Shown: in pieces, positions 26,992 through 37,211 of the stretch
How positions within the stretch are numbered: the stretch's first letter is position 1
Layout of the letters: each line of letters starts with the position of its first letter
Assembly: GCA_016844955.1 (NCBI GenBank)
Contig: JAERTH010000059.1
Location: 27,124-91,123, forward strand
Source of the DNA: Fidelibacterota bacterium
Lineage (GTDB): Bacteria; Fidelibacterota; UBA8477; JABMPR01
Length of the DNA: 64,000 bases
Direction: 5' to 3'
The notes under the pieces: generated by a model
What the model saw: only the letters and a program-made list of their open reading frames with translations
Told to the model about the DNA's origin: nothing
Databases searched by the model: none
Translations under genes and position numbers: made by a program

Positions 26992-29462
26992 TAATCCTCA
27001 AGCATTGCTTTTTTACGCTGATAGAAAATGAATCCACCCAATGCTAAAACCAACAGGACTGAAAGCAGAGTGATTCTGAATCCAGCAATTACTGCGGGTG
27101 GCTCGTATACAAATTCCACTTCATGCTCCCCTGCGGGAATCTGAACACCACGAATCAGCTCATTGGTTGCATAGGTTTTTAACTTGGTATCACCGTCCAG
27201 ATAAACTGACCATCCGGCAGGATAATACACCTCACTGACAACTAGAAAACCATCTGAATTGTTCTGGGTCTTCAATTTTAAGGAATGAATGGACTGTTCC
27301 AGAAGACTGACCTCCCCCACCCCATATGTTGATTTATTAATCTCACCGCCAGAATCTACAACGAATGATTTTTTCACTGGGAAATCGATGGAGGCATCCA
27401 TATAACGGCTTACATCGGCGGAGGTTGCAGCGGTCTGAATCTGAGGAACAAACCAGGCACGTGGATAAGCATCTGTGAATTCGTAGATGATCACCTGGAT
27501 TCGTTGACCACGGCTAATGTGTGAGGATTGTTCCACCATTTTAAAGAGCGGATCGTTGATGGGATAGGGCGACACCAGATAGGTAACATTCATATTTCTC
27601 AGCAAGTCTAAATGCCGCTTTCTTAGCTTGGGATCAACTTGATCAATGGGTTTGGGAGAAGCTCCTGATGCAGTTTGACTGTAATACTTCATCAAAAAAC
27701 TTTGCTCAAGCTGGGTTGAGTTCAACCAGTCCTGAAGCACTTTCAGCTTGGCAGGACTATAGCCACCAATTGATTCAAGACCATAGAGAGCCCAGACATT
27801 TGATCCAAAAAGCGTATGGACAGGGAAAACCCTACCCGGGTTAGCTTGGGTTAACTGTTTCAGTTTGCGGATAGCGGGTGTTTCTTGCTCAGCGGATTTC
27901 ACCCGAGTTGCTGGGACAGCATGACTGGTGAAACGTTGATCGACATGACCAAGTTCAACCACCATGAGCCCAACCATGGAGAGTGAAAGGACCAGTGTTT
28001 TGATTCTATCCGTCAGATAAGCCCACAAAATACCCAAGCCCAGGGTTCCAATAAACAGCCCCTTGATTAAACTGGTGTAAAACATGTCAATACGTAGACC
28101 GCTTAGCTGTGGATGAGCTTTGGGAGAAGCCGATAGTGAACTGGAAAAGGCACCTGTTGTGGCTGATTTGAATAATAGTACAAGAAGGAAGAGACCACCC
28201 ATGACTGAAGTAGCGATTAGAACCTTACGCTGCAGTTCAAGTTTCCGTTCCTGGGTCATCGTAATCAGAGTGAATAGACCCAACCCAGCAAGAATGGCAG
28301 CCATGAGTTCCAACAATATCAATATCATAGATGGAACGCGAAATTTATTAAAGAATGGTAATAACTTAAAAAGGAGGTCATAGAGATATGGAAAGTAATT
28401 TCCAAAGCTCACCAGGAGTGCCAGGGCAATGGTACTGATCAGGTAGATTTTCTCCTTGAAATGATCCCGATTGAAGAACGCTGCCACCATGAGAATCAGG
28501 AGGGTCATACCAAGAAAATCAGAATGCTCGGTAAAAGGCCGACCACCCCAGTAAGTCTGACCACCAAACCCAAACCAATCCGAAAAGAACAGTGCCAGGA
28601 TTTCATAAGGTGGGAGTGACCAACTCGTTGCATAACCATAGTCCAAACCACCACCAGCACTCCCCCCTCTTATGGAGTGGGCTGCATAAGCCAATGAAGG
28701 TATATAAAGAACTGCTGCAAGCCCAATTCCCAGCAACAATCCTCCCGCGAGATAGGCCAGAGAAAGTGGGAATTGCTTCCAATCTTTTGCTTTCGCTCGA
28801 AAAATAGCCTCGATAACAACATACCACCCCACTGCCATCCAACCATAGTAGGCGATTTGAACGTGACCACGCTGAAACTGAAACCCTGCTACTACGGCCA
28901 GAATCAGCAACCCTTTCAAGTCAGGTTCATCAAACAGGCGTTTGGCAGCGTATATCAGCCACGGCAAGTAAGCTGCGGTCATCATTTGAGATCCATGCCC
29001 CGCAGATATCATCACAATAAAGAAGGGGGTAATCATAAACGCAAGACCACTGAGCAAGGCGGAGAGAAAATCCACCTTCATGTAGCGCAACAGCGTGAAG
29101 ACACCCATGGCAGCCAGAATATAGTGCAACATCATGGTCCACAGTGAAGGGACACCCAGCTTGCCAAAAAGCCCGAGAATGAAATTTGGGAAGTACACCC
29201 ATTTATTGAACATCATGCTACTAAAGGCAGGCATCCCAGAAAAAATATAGGGTTGCCAGAGTGGATATTCACCCGTTTCATTCAGGTGGATATCTAGCTG
29301 TTGGGTGACTCCTTTAGCTGCGGTAGTATCACCGCCGCCAAAGACATGGCCTTTCATAAATACTGAGAAAAACAAAGTGACGAGAATGAGCAAAAATATT
29401 GCTCCCGCTTTGGCTGAGTCGTTCTTGAAAATTTTATTAAACATAGCTACCCTTTTTCTCAA
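26991..29462 (-). CDS. YfhO-family polytopic membrane protein (GT-C-like glycosyltransferase candidate)
   Basis: 823 aa with at least 12 predicted TM stretches, a large C-terminal extracytoplasmic domain and a final TM. The N-terminal PLWQPYIFSGMPAF is YfhO-like. Confidence 0.65.
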   Translation of the reverse strand: MRKRVAMFNKIFKNDSAKAGAIFLLILVTLFFSVFMKGHVFGGGDTTAAKGVTQQLDIHLNETGEYPLWQPYIFSGMPAFSSMMFNKWVYFPNFILGLFGKLGVPSLWTMMLHYILAAMGVFTLLRYMKVDFLSALLSGLAFMITPFFIVMISAGHGSQMMTAAYLPWLIYAAKRLFDEPDLKGLLILAVVAGFQFQRGHVQIAYYGWMAVGWYVVIEAIFRAKAKDWKQFPLSLAYLAGGLLLGIGLAAVLYIPSLAYAAHSIRGGSAGGGLDYGYATSWSLPPYEILALFFSDWFGFGGQTYWGGRPFTEHSDFLGMTLLILMVAAFFNRDHFKEKIYLISTIALALLVSFGNYFPYLYDLLFKLLPFFNKFRVPSMILILLELMAAILAGLGLFTLITMTQERKLELQRKVLIATSVMGGLFLLVLLFKSATTGAFSSSLSASPKAHPQLSGLRIDMFYTSLIKGLFIGTLGLGILWAYLTDRIKTLVLSLSMVGLMVVELGHVDQRFTSHAVPATRVKSAEQETPAIRKLKQLTQANPGRVFPVHTLFGSNVWALYGLESIGGYSPAKLKVLQDWLNSTQLEQSFLMKYYSQTASGASPKPIDQVDPKLRKRHLDLLRNMNVTYLVSPYPINDPLFKMVEQSSHISRGQRIQVIIYEFTDAYPRAWFVPQIQTAATSADVSRYMDASIDFPVKKSFVVDSGGEINKSTYGVGEVSLLEQSIHSLKLKTQNNSDGFLVVSEVYYPAGWSVYLDGDTKLKTYATNELIRGVQIPAGEHEVEFVYEPPAVIAGFRITLLSVLLVLALGGFIFYQRKKAMLED

Positions 29463-29496
29463 TAAATGCTTGTTGGCTTACTCTTATATACCTGGC

Positions 29497-29982
29497 TTAA
29501 CCTATCTCTGACCATGGAAATGCGTCCATGCTAAACTGAGTTACTAAATAATTATTTTTAATCCCGGCTCGCTGACCAGCCTGAATATCACTTTCTTTGT
29601 CCCCGACAAGAATTGAATTTTCAAGGTCAAGGTCATATGCCTGTTGAGCCCTTAAAATCATACCAGGGTTGGGTTTTCGGTTTTCACATTCACCGCTGAA
29701 CTCCGGGTGATGGGGACAGTGATAAACCTTTTCTATTTTAACTCCGTTTGATTGAAATTCATCCACCATCCACTCGGTTAGAGCCAGAAAATGGTCCTCA
29801 GTATAATATCCTCTATCTATGCCGGCCTGATTTGTAATGACAAATATCAGATATCCACGTTCCTGAAACTGAGCACAAAACTTAAATATTCCGTCGATAA
29901 ATTCAAAATTATCCCTGGTGTGAACGTAGTTTCGCTCAATGTTTATTACTCCATCTCTATCCAGGAAAAGGGCTTTTTTCAT
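29497..29982 (-). CDS. gmhB: D-glycero-D-manno-heptose 1,7-bisphosphate phosphatase (HAD-IIIA)
   Basis: HAD motif [11 protein letters not shown], Zn-loop YHCPHHP....C.NRKPNPGM and motif GDKESD. Confidence 0.85.
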   Translation of the reverse strand: MKKALFLDRDGVINIERNYVHTRDNFEFIDGIFKFCAQFQERGYLIFVITNQAGIDRGYYTEDHFLALTEWMVDEFQSNGVKIEKVYHCPHHPEFSGECENRKPNPGMILRAQQAYDLDLENSILVGDKESDIQAGQRAGIKNNYLVTQFSMDAFPWSEIG

Positions 29983-30680
29983 ATATGGTTTTGAATTTCG
30001 TCTTGGATTATATGGTAATCCTCAGGGATTCCAATATCCCTGAAATACTGATCAAAACGCATCCCGTACATGTCAAGGTCACCCAACTTTTCAGCAAGAA
30101 AATTTTCGAAGGAGAATTTTGCTGGAAGATCAGCTTCAGTTATGATGCTTTTGTTAATTATGTATACACCACCATTGATGAGCCCTTGACTCTGGCTCTG
30201 TTTTTCACGAAAGGCAGTAATTTCACCACCCTCACTCAAACCTACTGAACCATATCTACTGCAATCGGATAAATGTTTCAAAGCAAGCGTGATACCTGCA
30301 TTAGCCTGTGAGTGAAACGACAAAAGTTTCTTGATTTCCACTGGAAACAGGGTATCGCCATTGAGCAATAGCACCTGATCACCATTATCCGGCATCATAT
30401 GCATGGCTAATCGAATAGCACCACCCGTACCCAGCGGTTCTTCTTCGACTGCATATAGCAAATCCATGCCCCCAAAATGGGTCCCAAAATGATTGGAGAT
30501 GCTCTCATGTTTATAACCAACTGATAGGGTCACGTGCTCTATTTTATTTTGGGACAAATAGTTGAGCAAATACTCAAGAAAGGGTTTCCCTGCAACAGGT
30601 GCCATGGGTTTGGGGATGTCATGAGAGATTGCACCTCTGATGCGTGTACCTAATCCACCTGCCAGGACAATCGCCTGCAC
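29979..30680 (-). CDS. hddC: Sugar-1-phosphate nucleotidyltransferase, probably D-glycero-alpha-D-manno-heptose-1-P guanylyltransferase
   Basis: [12 protein letters not shown].....PKPM..V.GKPFL. It sits between gmhA and gmhB. Confidence 0.65.
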   Translation of the reverse strand: MQAIVLAGGLGTRIRGAISHDIPKPMAPVAGKPFLEYLLNYLSQNKIEHVTLSVGYKHESISNHFGTHFGGMDLLYAVEEEPLGTGGAIRLAMHMMPDNGDQVLLLNGDTLFPVEIKKLLSFHSQANAGITLALKHLSDCSRYGSVGLSEGGEITAFREKQSQSQGLINGGVYIINKSIITEADLPAKFSFENFLAEKLGDLDMYGMRFDQYFRDIGIPEDYHIIQDEIQNHI

Positions 30681-31274
30681 TTAGAAGCCTTCCCCAAATA
30701 ATGATTCCTCAACAATAGCACAAATGATGTGACCTACCAGGATGTGAGATTCTTGAATGCGAGGAGTATTATCAGAGGGTATTTTGATGAGGTAGTCACA
30801 TTGTCCCATCAGCTTGCCCCCAGATTTACCAGTCAACCCCACAGAAGTAAGACCTTTGACTTCACACGCTTGCATCGCATCCAGAATATTAGGAGAATTA
30901 CCACTGGTGGAGATACCTACGAAAATATCCCCTTGGACGCCAATCGCTTCGATTTGCCGTGAGAATAATTTCTTGAATTCATAATCATTGCCAATGGCTG
31001 TCATAACTGAGGTATCGGTGGAGAGTGAAATTGCGGCCAGACCAGGACGGTCAAAATGAAAGCGGTTAACCAACTCACCCACGATATGTTGAGCATCTGC
31101 AGCACTGCCACCATTTCCGGCGAAAAGCACCTTATTTCCTCGTTTATAGGCATCTATAATTAGCAAGGAAACGGCTTCAATTGTTTTTACCAGCACAGGA
31201 TCGTTATAAACCTCGATTTTGGTCTCATAAGATGCTTTTATTTGTTTTTGAATATAGTCGATCATGCACGCCAA
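30681..31274 (-). CDS. gmhA: Phosphoheptose isomerase (SIS domain)
   Basis: [16 protein letters not shown] and ISTSGNSPN. The likely start is MIDYIQ at 31265. Confidence 0.87.
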   Translation of the reverse strand: MACMIDYIQKQIKASYETKIEVYNDPVLVKTIEAVSLLIIDAYKRGNKVLFAGNGGSAADAQHIVGELVNRFHFDRPGLAAISLSTDTSVMTAIGNDYEFKKLFSRQIEAIGVQGDIFVGISTSGNSPNILDAMQACEVKGLTSVGLTGKSGGKLMGQCDYLIKIPSDNTPRIQESHILVGHIICAIVEESLFGEGF

Positions 31275-32365
31275 CCCTTTACTCCATTTTTTGTGAAGTG
31301 AAAGTTAACCACTCTCCCCTCCAGCTTGTTTAACTGATTCACAACATTGACTCTTTTTACCGGGTTGACAACAAACATCATAAACCCACCACCACCGGCA
31401 CCACTTACTTTTCCAGAGTAGGCACCTGCCTGGTGTGCTACCTCATAGGCTTCTTCAATACCTGGGTTGGATATAGATTTTGCCATTTTCTTTTTTGCTA
31501 TCCAGGATTTACCCAGCAGCCCTGCATACTCCTTGATGTTTCCCCTGAGTATGGCCTCCTTCATGAGGACAGCATCCTGTTTCAATTCATGCATGGCATC
31601 AATTGAGCGGACGTCCTTTTGCTCCGTGTTGGCGATCTGTTCATCAATAATTTTAGCTGACTCTCTTGAGACGCCCGAATAGTAAAGCACCATGGACAAT
31701 TCAAGTTCATCGATTATCCGGCTCTTAATTCGCAGGGGGTTCACGATAACACGATCATTTTTTCTGAATTCAATAAAATTAAAGCCTCCGAAGGTTGACG
31801 CATACTGATCCTGTTTGCCTCCGCGCAAGCCCAGGTCAATCCGCTCAATCTCATAGGCGAGATGAGCGATATCATAATCGCCTAGAGGAAGTTTCAGCCA
31901 TTCAGCATAGGCATAGACCATGGCCACGACGATAGTGGAAGATGTCCCCAGACCACTACCGGGAGGCGCATCCGAGAAAGTAGTCATTCTGAAGGAAAGA
32001 GCTTCACCTTCGTTAAAATCTCTAACGATCCGATTGTAGACCCCTTTGTGCAAATCCATGAGACCATCGATTTCCATAATCGCACGAGCTTCACTCTCAA
32101 AATGTTGATCCAAGTCTTTGGCTTCGAAAATAATTTGCTGGCCCGGGAGAGGTTCAATGGTACAGAAGGTATGCATATCGATAGTCGCATTGAGGATCAT
32201 GCCACCATATTCATCGCAATAGGGCGAAACATCTGTTCCTCCGCCTGCAAGCCCCAAACGCAATGGTGCCTTTGTTCGAATCAGCATCCTGTTTTCCTCT
32301 CTACACCTAAATGGCGATATAGGTCGTGGGAACTTTGACGTTCCCGGATCAATTAAGTTTTTCAA
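31262..32365 (-). CDS. hddA: GHMP-family sugar kinase, probably D-glycero-alpha-D-manno-heptose-7-phosphate kinase
   Basis: [22 protein letters not shown] motif [10 protein letters not shown] and GAGGGGF. The likely start is MLIRTK at 32287. Confidence 0.7.
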   Translation of the reverse strand: MKNLIDPGTSKFPRPISPFRCREENRMLIRTKAPLRLGLAGGGTDVSPYCDEYGGMILNATIDMHTFCTIEPLPGQQIIFEAKDLDQHFESEARAIMEIDGLMDLHKGVYNRIVRDFNEGEALSFRMTTFSDAPPGSGLGTSSTIVVAMVYAYAEWLKLPLGDYDIAHLAYEIERIDLGLRGGKQDQYASTFGGFNFIEFRKNDRVIVNPLRIKSRIIDELELSMVLYYSGVSRESAKIIDEQIANTEQKDVRSIDAMHELKQDAVLMKEAILRGNIKEYAGLLGKSWIAKKKMAKSISNPGIEEAYEVAHQAGAYSGKVSGAGGGGFMMFVVNPVKRVNVVNQLNKLEGRVVNFHFTKNGVKGWRA

Positions 32366-32535
32366 TCGGGATATGCATCAATGGTTAAAGGATAATGCAT
32401 TTGCTACCCCTGAGCATGGAAACTAAGCAGTTAATAGTGTATGAAAAATGATTTATCGTGTTGGATATGGTCTACAGACCAGAACTAATCGAATAGCTAA
32501 TATCAGATCCTTGAATAGTGAGTATCACTGAAAAT

Positions 32536-33405
32536 CTAATTCCCCATAATGTGATCAATCATCCGGATTACATCTGACATATTTACCTCGCCATCCTCAT
32601 TTAAATCACCCCAGAGAGGCCCCGGATTCGAATACTCCCCAAGGATAATTTCAGATCCCCCTCTGAGTGCTCCATTGTGGCCGTAACTAGTCTGATCAAT
32701 CACTGAAGTTGTACTACCCTCAAAATTCCAATATGCAATAAGTCCTCTTTGGCCTATAGAAATGGGATGATCTACTTGCTCTTGAATCTGAGCTGCAGAA
32801 AGTGGGACATTCCAGATACTGATTTCATCCATCATGCCATTAAAAAGACCCTGATTAATTCCATCATGCGTGTGCGATCCTAGTGATACATTACTAATAT
32901 TGGTGGCAAAGCTTCCGTACCTGCGCAGGTGATTACTGGCGCGTAGAATCCCATCCTGATAAAGCCAGGATGAATCGCCGGCCTGCACAGCCGCATAGTG
33001 GTGCCACTCTCCGTAAGGTGGTGAGTCGCAAGAGACTCTTACTGTACATTCTTCGTCCCCCCTGGTTGATAAACGCTGTATGCGCTCATCTGTAAAAACT
33101 TCAGAAAAAAAGACAATTGCACTGTGGTTACATCCTGTAGCATCTTCTCTTTGTTCAAAAATGACACTTTGCTCCTGGGGCCCTCCGGCAGGTCCTTCCA
33201 TATATACCCAGGCTGAGATGGAAAAATTTGGCGAGTCTATAATTGAGGTGGAAAAATTAACATAAGCATCATATCCATTTAATGCAAGGACATGATTTTG
33301 ACTGAAAGCTGGCAGGGTTAGGACTGTTAACAAAATGCTCAGAGAAATCTTCCGCATGTAGCTCCCTTTTAATGCGTTGATGGAAATGAGTAGAATTTGA
33401 ATCAA
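32536..33405 (-). CDS. Secreted LamG/concanavalin-A-like lectin-fold protein with one C-terminal dockerin-like repeat
   Basis: Signal peptide MRKISLSILLTVLTLPAFSQ (probable start 33357). LamG-type NFSISAWVYM...WHHYAAV...LYQDG. The C-terminus is WGDLNEDGEVNMSDVIRMIDHIMGN. Confidence 0.7.
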   Translation of the reverse strand: MIQILLISINALKGSYMRKISLSILLTVLTLPAFSQNHVLALNGYDAYVNFSTSIIDSPNFSISAWVYMEGPAGGPQEQSVIFEQREDATGCNHSAIVFFSEVFTDERIQRLSTRGDEECTVRVSCDSPPYGEWHHYAAVQAGDSSWLYQDGILRASNHLRRYGSFATNISNVSLGSHTHDGINQGLFNGMMDEISIWNVPLSAAQIQEQVDHPISIGQRGLIAYWNFEGSTTSVIDQTSYGHNGALRGGSEIILGEYSNPGPLWGDLNEDGEVNMSDVIRMIDHIMGN

Positions 33406-34232
33406 TTGCCCAAAATGTAGTCTATTAACACAATTACATCCGAAACATTTACCTGGCCATCATCATTCAAGTCCCCCCAGACAGATTCAATCGGTGCAGC
33501 GGGATCCACGATAATCTCGGCATTGTCCATTAATATTCCATCATGTCCACTGAGAGATTGATCAAAGGCTACATCATCTAAAGTTTCAAAATCCCAATGG
33601 GCCAGTAGAGAATGTTGAATATTGTGCAACTCAGAATTTAGCGCCCAACTTACCTCTACGGCGCTTAGAGCCCCGCTCCATACGCGCATATTGTCTATAT
33701 ACCCATTGAAATAGCCAGCGACGTAACCAATTGAATGATAGTGCCTACCTATATCGATTAAGTCTATACTTTGGTTAAACACACCTTCTTGATGGTTTTC
33801 CGTAGCATCCACTAATTGCCCATCGAGAAACAAAAACACACTATCGGGCCTCACAACGCCCGCGTAGTGATGCCATTCAGCATAATCAGGTCTGGCTGTT
33901 TCAACGATGTCCTGAGGTCCATTGTCCGTTCGAATATTGAACCTTGTCACTTGGCCAACTGTTGGGCTCTCTGCATTTAGAATTACAGCGCTGGCACCAA
34001 ATTCAGTGTCATAATCTCTGTGCTCAAATATAGTGTTTTGTGCATCCAGTCCCCCACCGGGGCCGTCCATGTAAGCCCAGGCTTCAATTGTAAAGTCATT
34101 ATCATCAAGTAGTACTGAAGGGATAGATACATAGTCCCCGTCACCGTCAAGGTGCAGGATATGATTCTGAGCGAATATAGCCGTGTAGGTGATAAAGAAT
34201 AACAATGTTACTTGTGATAAATATCTGAACAT
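33402..34232 (-). CDS. Secreted LamG-fold protein with one C-terminal dockerin-like repeat (tandem paralog)
   Basis: Signal peptide LLFFITYTAIFAQ. FTIEAWAYM...WHHYAGV...LFLDG. The C-terminus is WGDLNDDGQVNVSDVIVLIDYILGN. Confidence 0.7.
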   Translation of the reverse strand: MFRYLSQVTLLFFITYTAIFAQNHILHLDGDGDYVSIPSVLLDDNDFTIEAWAYMDGPGGGLDAQNTIFEHRDYDTEFGASAVILNAESPTVGQVTRFNIRTDNGPQDIVETARPDYAEWHHYAGVVRPDSVFLFLDGQLVDATENHQEGVFNQSIDLIDIGRHYHSIGYVAGYFNGYIDNMRVWSGALSAVEVSWALNSELHNIQHSLLAHWDFETLDDVAFDQSLSGHDGILMDNAEIIVDPAAPIESVWGDLNDDGQVNVSDVIVLIDYILGN

Positions 34233-34421
34233 TTCCCCTCCAGTTCCAATTTGAATTATCCTAATGTTGAGAACTTAAGCAACAATAAGTGCTTATAGGA
34301 TAACTTTTACATTACTATCCTATATCCAATTTATTAAACTGCTATCTGAATTATCACAGGCTACCTATAAGGACAACCTGCAAAGGACTAAAATGCAACC
34401 GTACATACTCGTGTCCATCGC

Positions 34422-35030
34422 TCATTTGGCTGGTTTCATAATGAATCGAATTTGCCAGGCATGAAAGAGGCTAGATAACCTACGTTCATAAAAGTTCTGC
34501 CATTTAATACTTCTATTGACCAATTTCGAAAAAATCGGTGAAAATATTTTATCAATGTAACCAGTTTTATAAAATTCAATGTTTACACTATGGACAATAA
34601 ATCGTGTATCACTATAAAATGCTGGAACCTGCCGGATTTTGGGTTGATTCTCTGGAGCGACAAAATAATACATTGAATAAAAGCCAAAAAACCGAACATG
34701 GGTGGGGTCAGAATATCCAAACACATTTGAAAAATGAGGGACAATTATTTCAACCTTACCATTGGGAGTCACGATCCGATGAATCTCACGCATGAGGAGC
34801 AAAAATTCATCGATATGCTCTAACACATGGTGACTATAAACATATTCTACACTGGAGTCCGGGATGAGATCTAGAGGCTTGTTCAGATCTGCAACCACAT
34901 CGACACCATCCAGCTCAAGATGATCTACAGAATAGAACCCTTCACGGGGCTTCAGTCCACATCCCAAATCAACCTTAAGTAATTTTCCCGCGGCTAAATC
35001 TTTCTTGAACTGTTCGTTGATAATTTTCAT
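34422..35030 (-). CDS. Class I SAM-dependent methyltransferase
   Basis: Motif I LKVDLGCGLKPREGF and post-I/II YSHHVLEHI. Confidence 0.6.
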   Translation of the reverse strand: MKIINEQFKKDLAAGKLLKVDLGCGLKPREGFYSVDHLELDGVDVVADLNKPLDLIPDSSVEYVYSHHVLEHIDEFLLLMREIHRIVTPNGKVEIIVPHFSNVFGYSDPTHVRFFGFYSMYYFVAPENQPKIRQVPAFYSDTRFIVHSVNIEFYKTGYIDKIFSPIFSKLVNRSIKWQNFYERRLSSLFHAWQIRFIMKPAK

Positions 35031-35188
35031 AGTTACTCGTTTTTACGTGTTCAAAAACTAATCCCAATAGAGCTCGTTAATCGTAACCATCACTATTGCA
35101 CTCCAGAGGAAGTCTTCTGAATCACTATTTATGTGTAGCTCGGTTTTGTGAAACATTTTTCAGAAGAAAGCAATTTCCACAAGCACCC

Positions 35189-36331
35189 TTACTTTGAAAG
35201 TTTCATCAAATTTGAATTCTCATTTTGAGACCACCACTCACCTACTTCACGTAGATTGGCAAACCAGGGATTAAAACTTTTCAAGTGGTGCAACAACCGC
35301 GCATAGACCTCAAATATTTCAGGTCTATCTAACGTATCTGGATGCCAGAGCAAGGTGAGGACTCCACCTACCTGTTGGATTTTTTCTGCAATTTCAGATA
35401 CTTCTCTAAAGGCTTGTTCCGTGTTCCACTTCAGCCCTTTTTTGACACCTAGCATAGCCATATCCTGAATGATGAGCGGTATTTCCAGGACTTTTGTCGG
35501 TCTGTCTGGGGATCCAGCGTGCACCAGCCAGGGGTAGCTGGTACCATTTCTGAACCCAATTTCATTATTGAATCCCAGTGTGGAGTCATACTTGAATCCA
35601 ACAGCCTCCTGAACAAGTGGCGTCACTCGGATATCGTAGTGCAAAAAATGCTGTCTCACACTTACTACATCCTTTTGAAGTACCTGTTCCAACTGCAGCT
35701 TTTGCCTGGCCATGATATCTTGATTATTGTAGCTCCACCATGAAGGGTGCAATCCAATTTCCCAACCCCGATGATCAATTTCACGAATCATTTCTGCCAC
35801 TGTACATTGCTCCCGGTCGAAATGTATTCTGTCTGCATACCGGTAGTCGCAATCGCTTGAATGCCATTTAACCGTATCCTCTGGTGTAAAAAAGAAGGTT
35901 GAACTAGCGCCCACCTCCTTTTCAACCTCTAACCATTTTTCAAATTTCGAGATGGGATCATCAAAGGATAACAGTCCCTTTGAAGTGTCGATCAGACCGT
36001 CTACAATATGGGAAAAATGACGCAGATTTGGTGCATGGCTGAAAGTTTTCCCGGCCCTGAACATTTTCCGGGTGGCTTGTCTGGTGTTGTATTTTGAGAC
36101 CAAGTCCACATCATGGGTCAGACAAACTGCAAAAGGTCGATTCTCAGGCCATCTTGGCCGGTCTGAGTCTATCTGGCAAAAGTGCTGATCCAGAACAGGT
36201 TCGCGTATTAAACCCTTCTCCCATAACTCATTAATTTCATAGTCAGGCACAATAGCATCAAGGGTTTCAGGCAGGCGACTCGCTTCAGAACGGCCACTGA
36301 GAATAGCTTCAGGATGCATGTCTTTGCTCAA
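35189..36331 (-). CDS. Putative polysaccharide deacetylase-like (NodB/CE4-fold) protein
   Basis: FAVCLTHDVD, followed by His-containing segments (GLHPSWWSY, LLWHPD). This is weak, motif-level evidence only. Confidence 0.4.
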   Translation of the reverse strand: MSKDMHPEAILSGRSEASRLPETLDAIVPDYEINELWEKGLIREPVLDQHFCQIDSDRPRWPENRPFAVCLTHDVDLVSKYNTRQATRKMFRAGKTFSHAPNLRHFSHIVDGLIDTSKGLLSFDDPISKFEKWLEVEKEVGASSTFFFTPEDTVKWHSSDCDYRYADRIHFDREQCTVAEMIREIDHRGWEIGLHPSWWSYNNQDIMARQKLQLEQVLQKDVVSVRQHFLHYDIRVTPLVQEAVGFKYDSTLGFNNEIGFRNGTSYPWLVHAGSPDRPTKVLEIPLIIQDMAMLGVKKGLKWNTEQAFREVSEIAEKIQQVGGVLTLLWHPDTLDRPEIFEVYARLLHHLKSFNPWFANLREVGEWWSQNENSNLMKLSK

Positions 36332-37203
36332 AGTTCATACCCATATTTTGAAGCTCTTTCTCCACAAATTTCTATCATGGCATCTCTATCCTCATGAGAC
36401 CACTTGTCTAATGTAGGGAATTCACCTGTTTTTTGGATATTGACCGGTTTAAGAAGAGCCTTTTTAATCCGGTTTGTCGAGATCTGAAGTCCTAAATATC
36501 CCAACATTTTTTGGACGCTTTCCACGCCAAGTTCATCAAAATTAAATCTCAGGAAATTTTCTTCACCCAGAGACTCAGAAAAGGTATCGATAAAAGCATT
36601 GGTCATTTCCCACAACCAGGCAATTTTTCCCACCGACGATAGTGTTGGCCATCGATCTGCATAGGGATCACCTGACACAGGCGTGAGTCGACCTTGATCA
36701 TGTGGGTGTGCTCCTGTGTACCAACCACGTCGCATCCCTGAGCGAATGAAATCAGCGGGATGTCTATGGATATGAACAAATTGAGCGGATGGGATTATTT
36801 CTTTTATGGTGGGTGCAAAAAATGTTATGTTGCGATTTGTCTCGATATAGCGCTTTCCATATCGTGCTGTTTTATACAAAAAAAGTTCTCTTGAAGCGAG
36901 AAACAGATCACGCAGAGTCTCGGTAGCCATCACCTGCTGTGTATAGTTCATCTCCCATGCAGATTTCGACTGCAAACTGAGATTTGGAATTGGATCATGA
37001 AAAACGTTAACCCCCTGTGCATTACTAAGAAGCTTTGTAAATAGCAAAGTTCCACATCGACCTGTTGAAAGAAAGAATACAGGCTTAAGATCTTCAAATA
37101 TGCCCGAATCTACAATGTTTTCGATGTGAACGGTGGGGTCCTTAATCCAACCGTACTCAATCCCATCCTGGACTCGATTATATATTTTCTTCAGCGTGCT
37201 CAT
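36328..37203 (-). CDS. Putative sulfotransferase (Stf0-like)
   Basis: PAPS-loop-like FFLSTGRCGTLLFTKLL. The downstream segment HIHRHPADFIRSGMRRGWY resembles the 3'-phosphate-binding segment. Motif-level evidence only. Confidence 0.45.
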   Translation of the reverse strand: MSTLKKIYNRVQDGIEYGWIKDPTVHIENIVDSGIFEDLKPVFFLSTGRCGTLLFTKLLSNAQGVNVFHDPIPNLSLQSKSAWEMNYTQQVMATETLRDLFLASRELFLYKTARYGKRYIETNRNITFFAPTIKEIIPSAQFVHIHRHPADFIRSGMRRGWYTGAHPHDQGRLTPVSGDPYADRWPTLSSVGKIAWLWEMTNAFIDTFSESLGEENFLRFNFDELGVESVQKMLGYLGLQISTNRIKKALLKPVNIQKTGEFPTLDKWSHEDRDAMIEICGERASKYGYEL

Positions 37204-37211
37204 AATGCAGA

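Noticed and set aside
32539-33479. Dockerin-like tails as evidence of a cellulosome.
   Set aside because: There are no cohesin, scaffoldin or glycoside-hydrolase genes in the window, and only a single repeat is present per protein. I kept this only as an unusual anchoring-motif observation.
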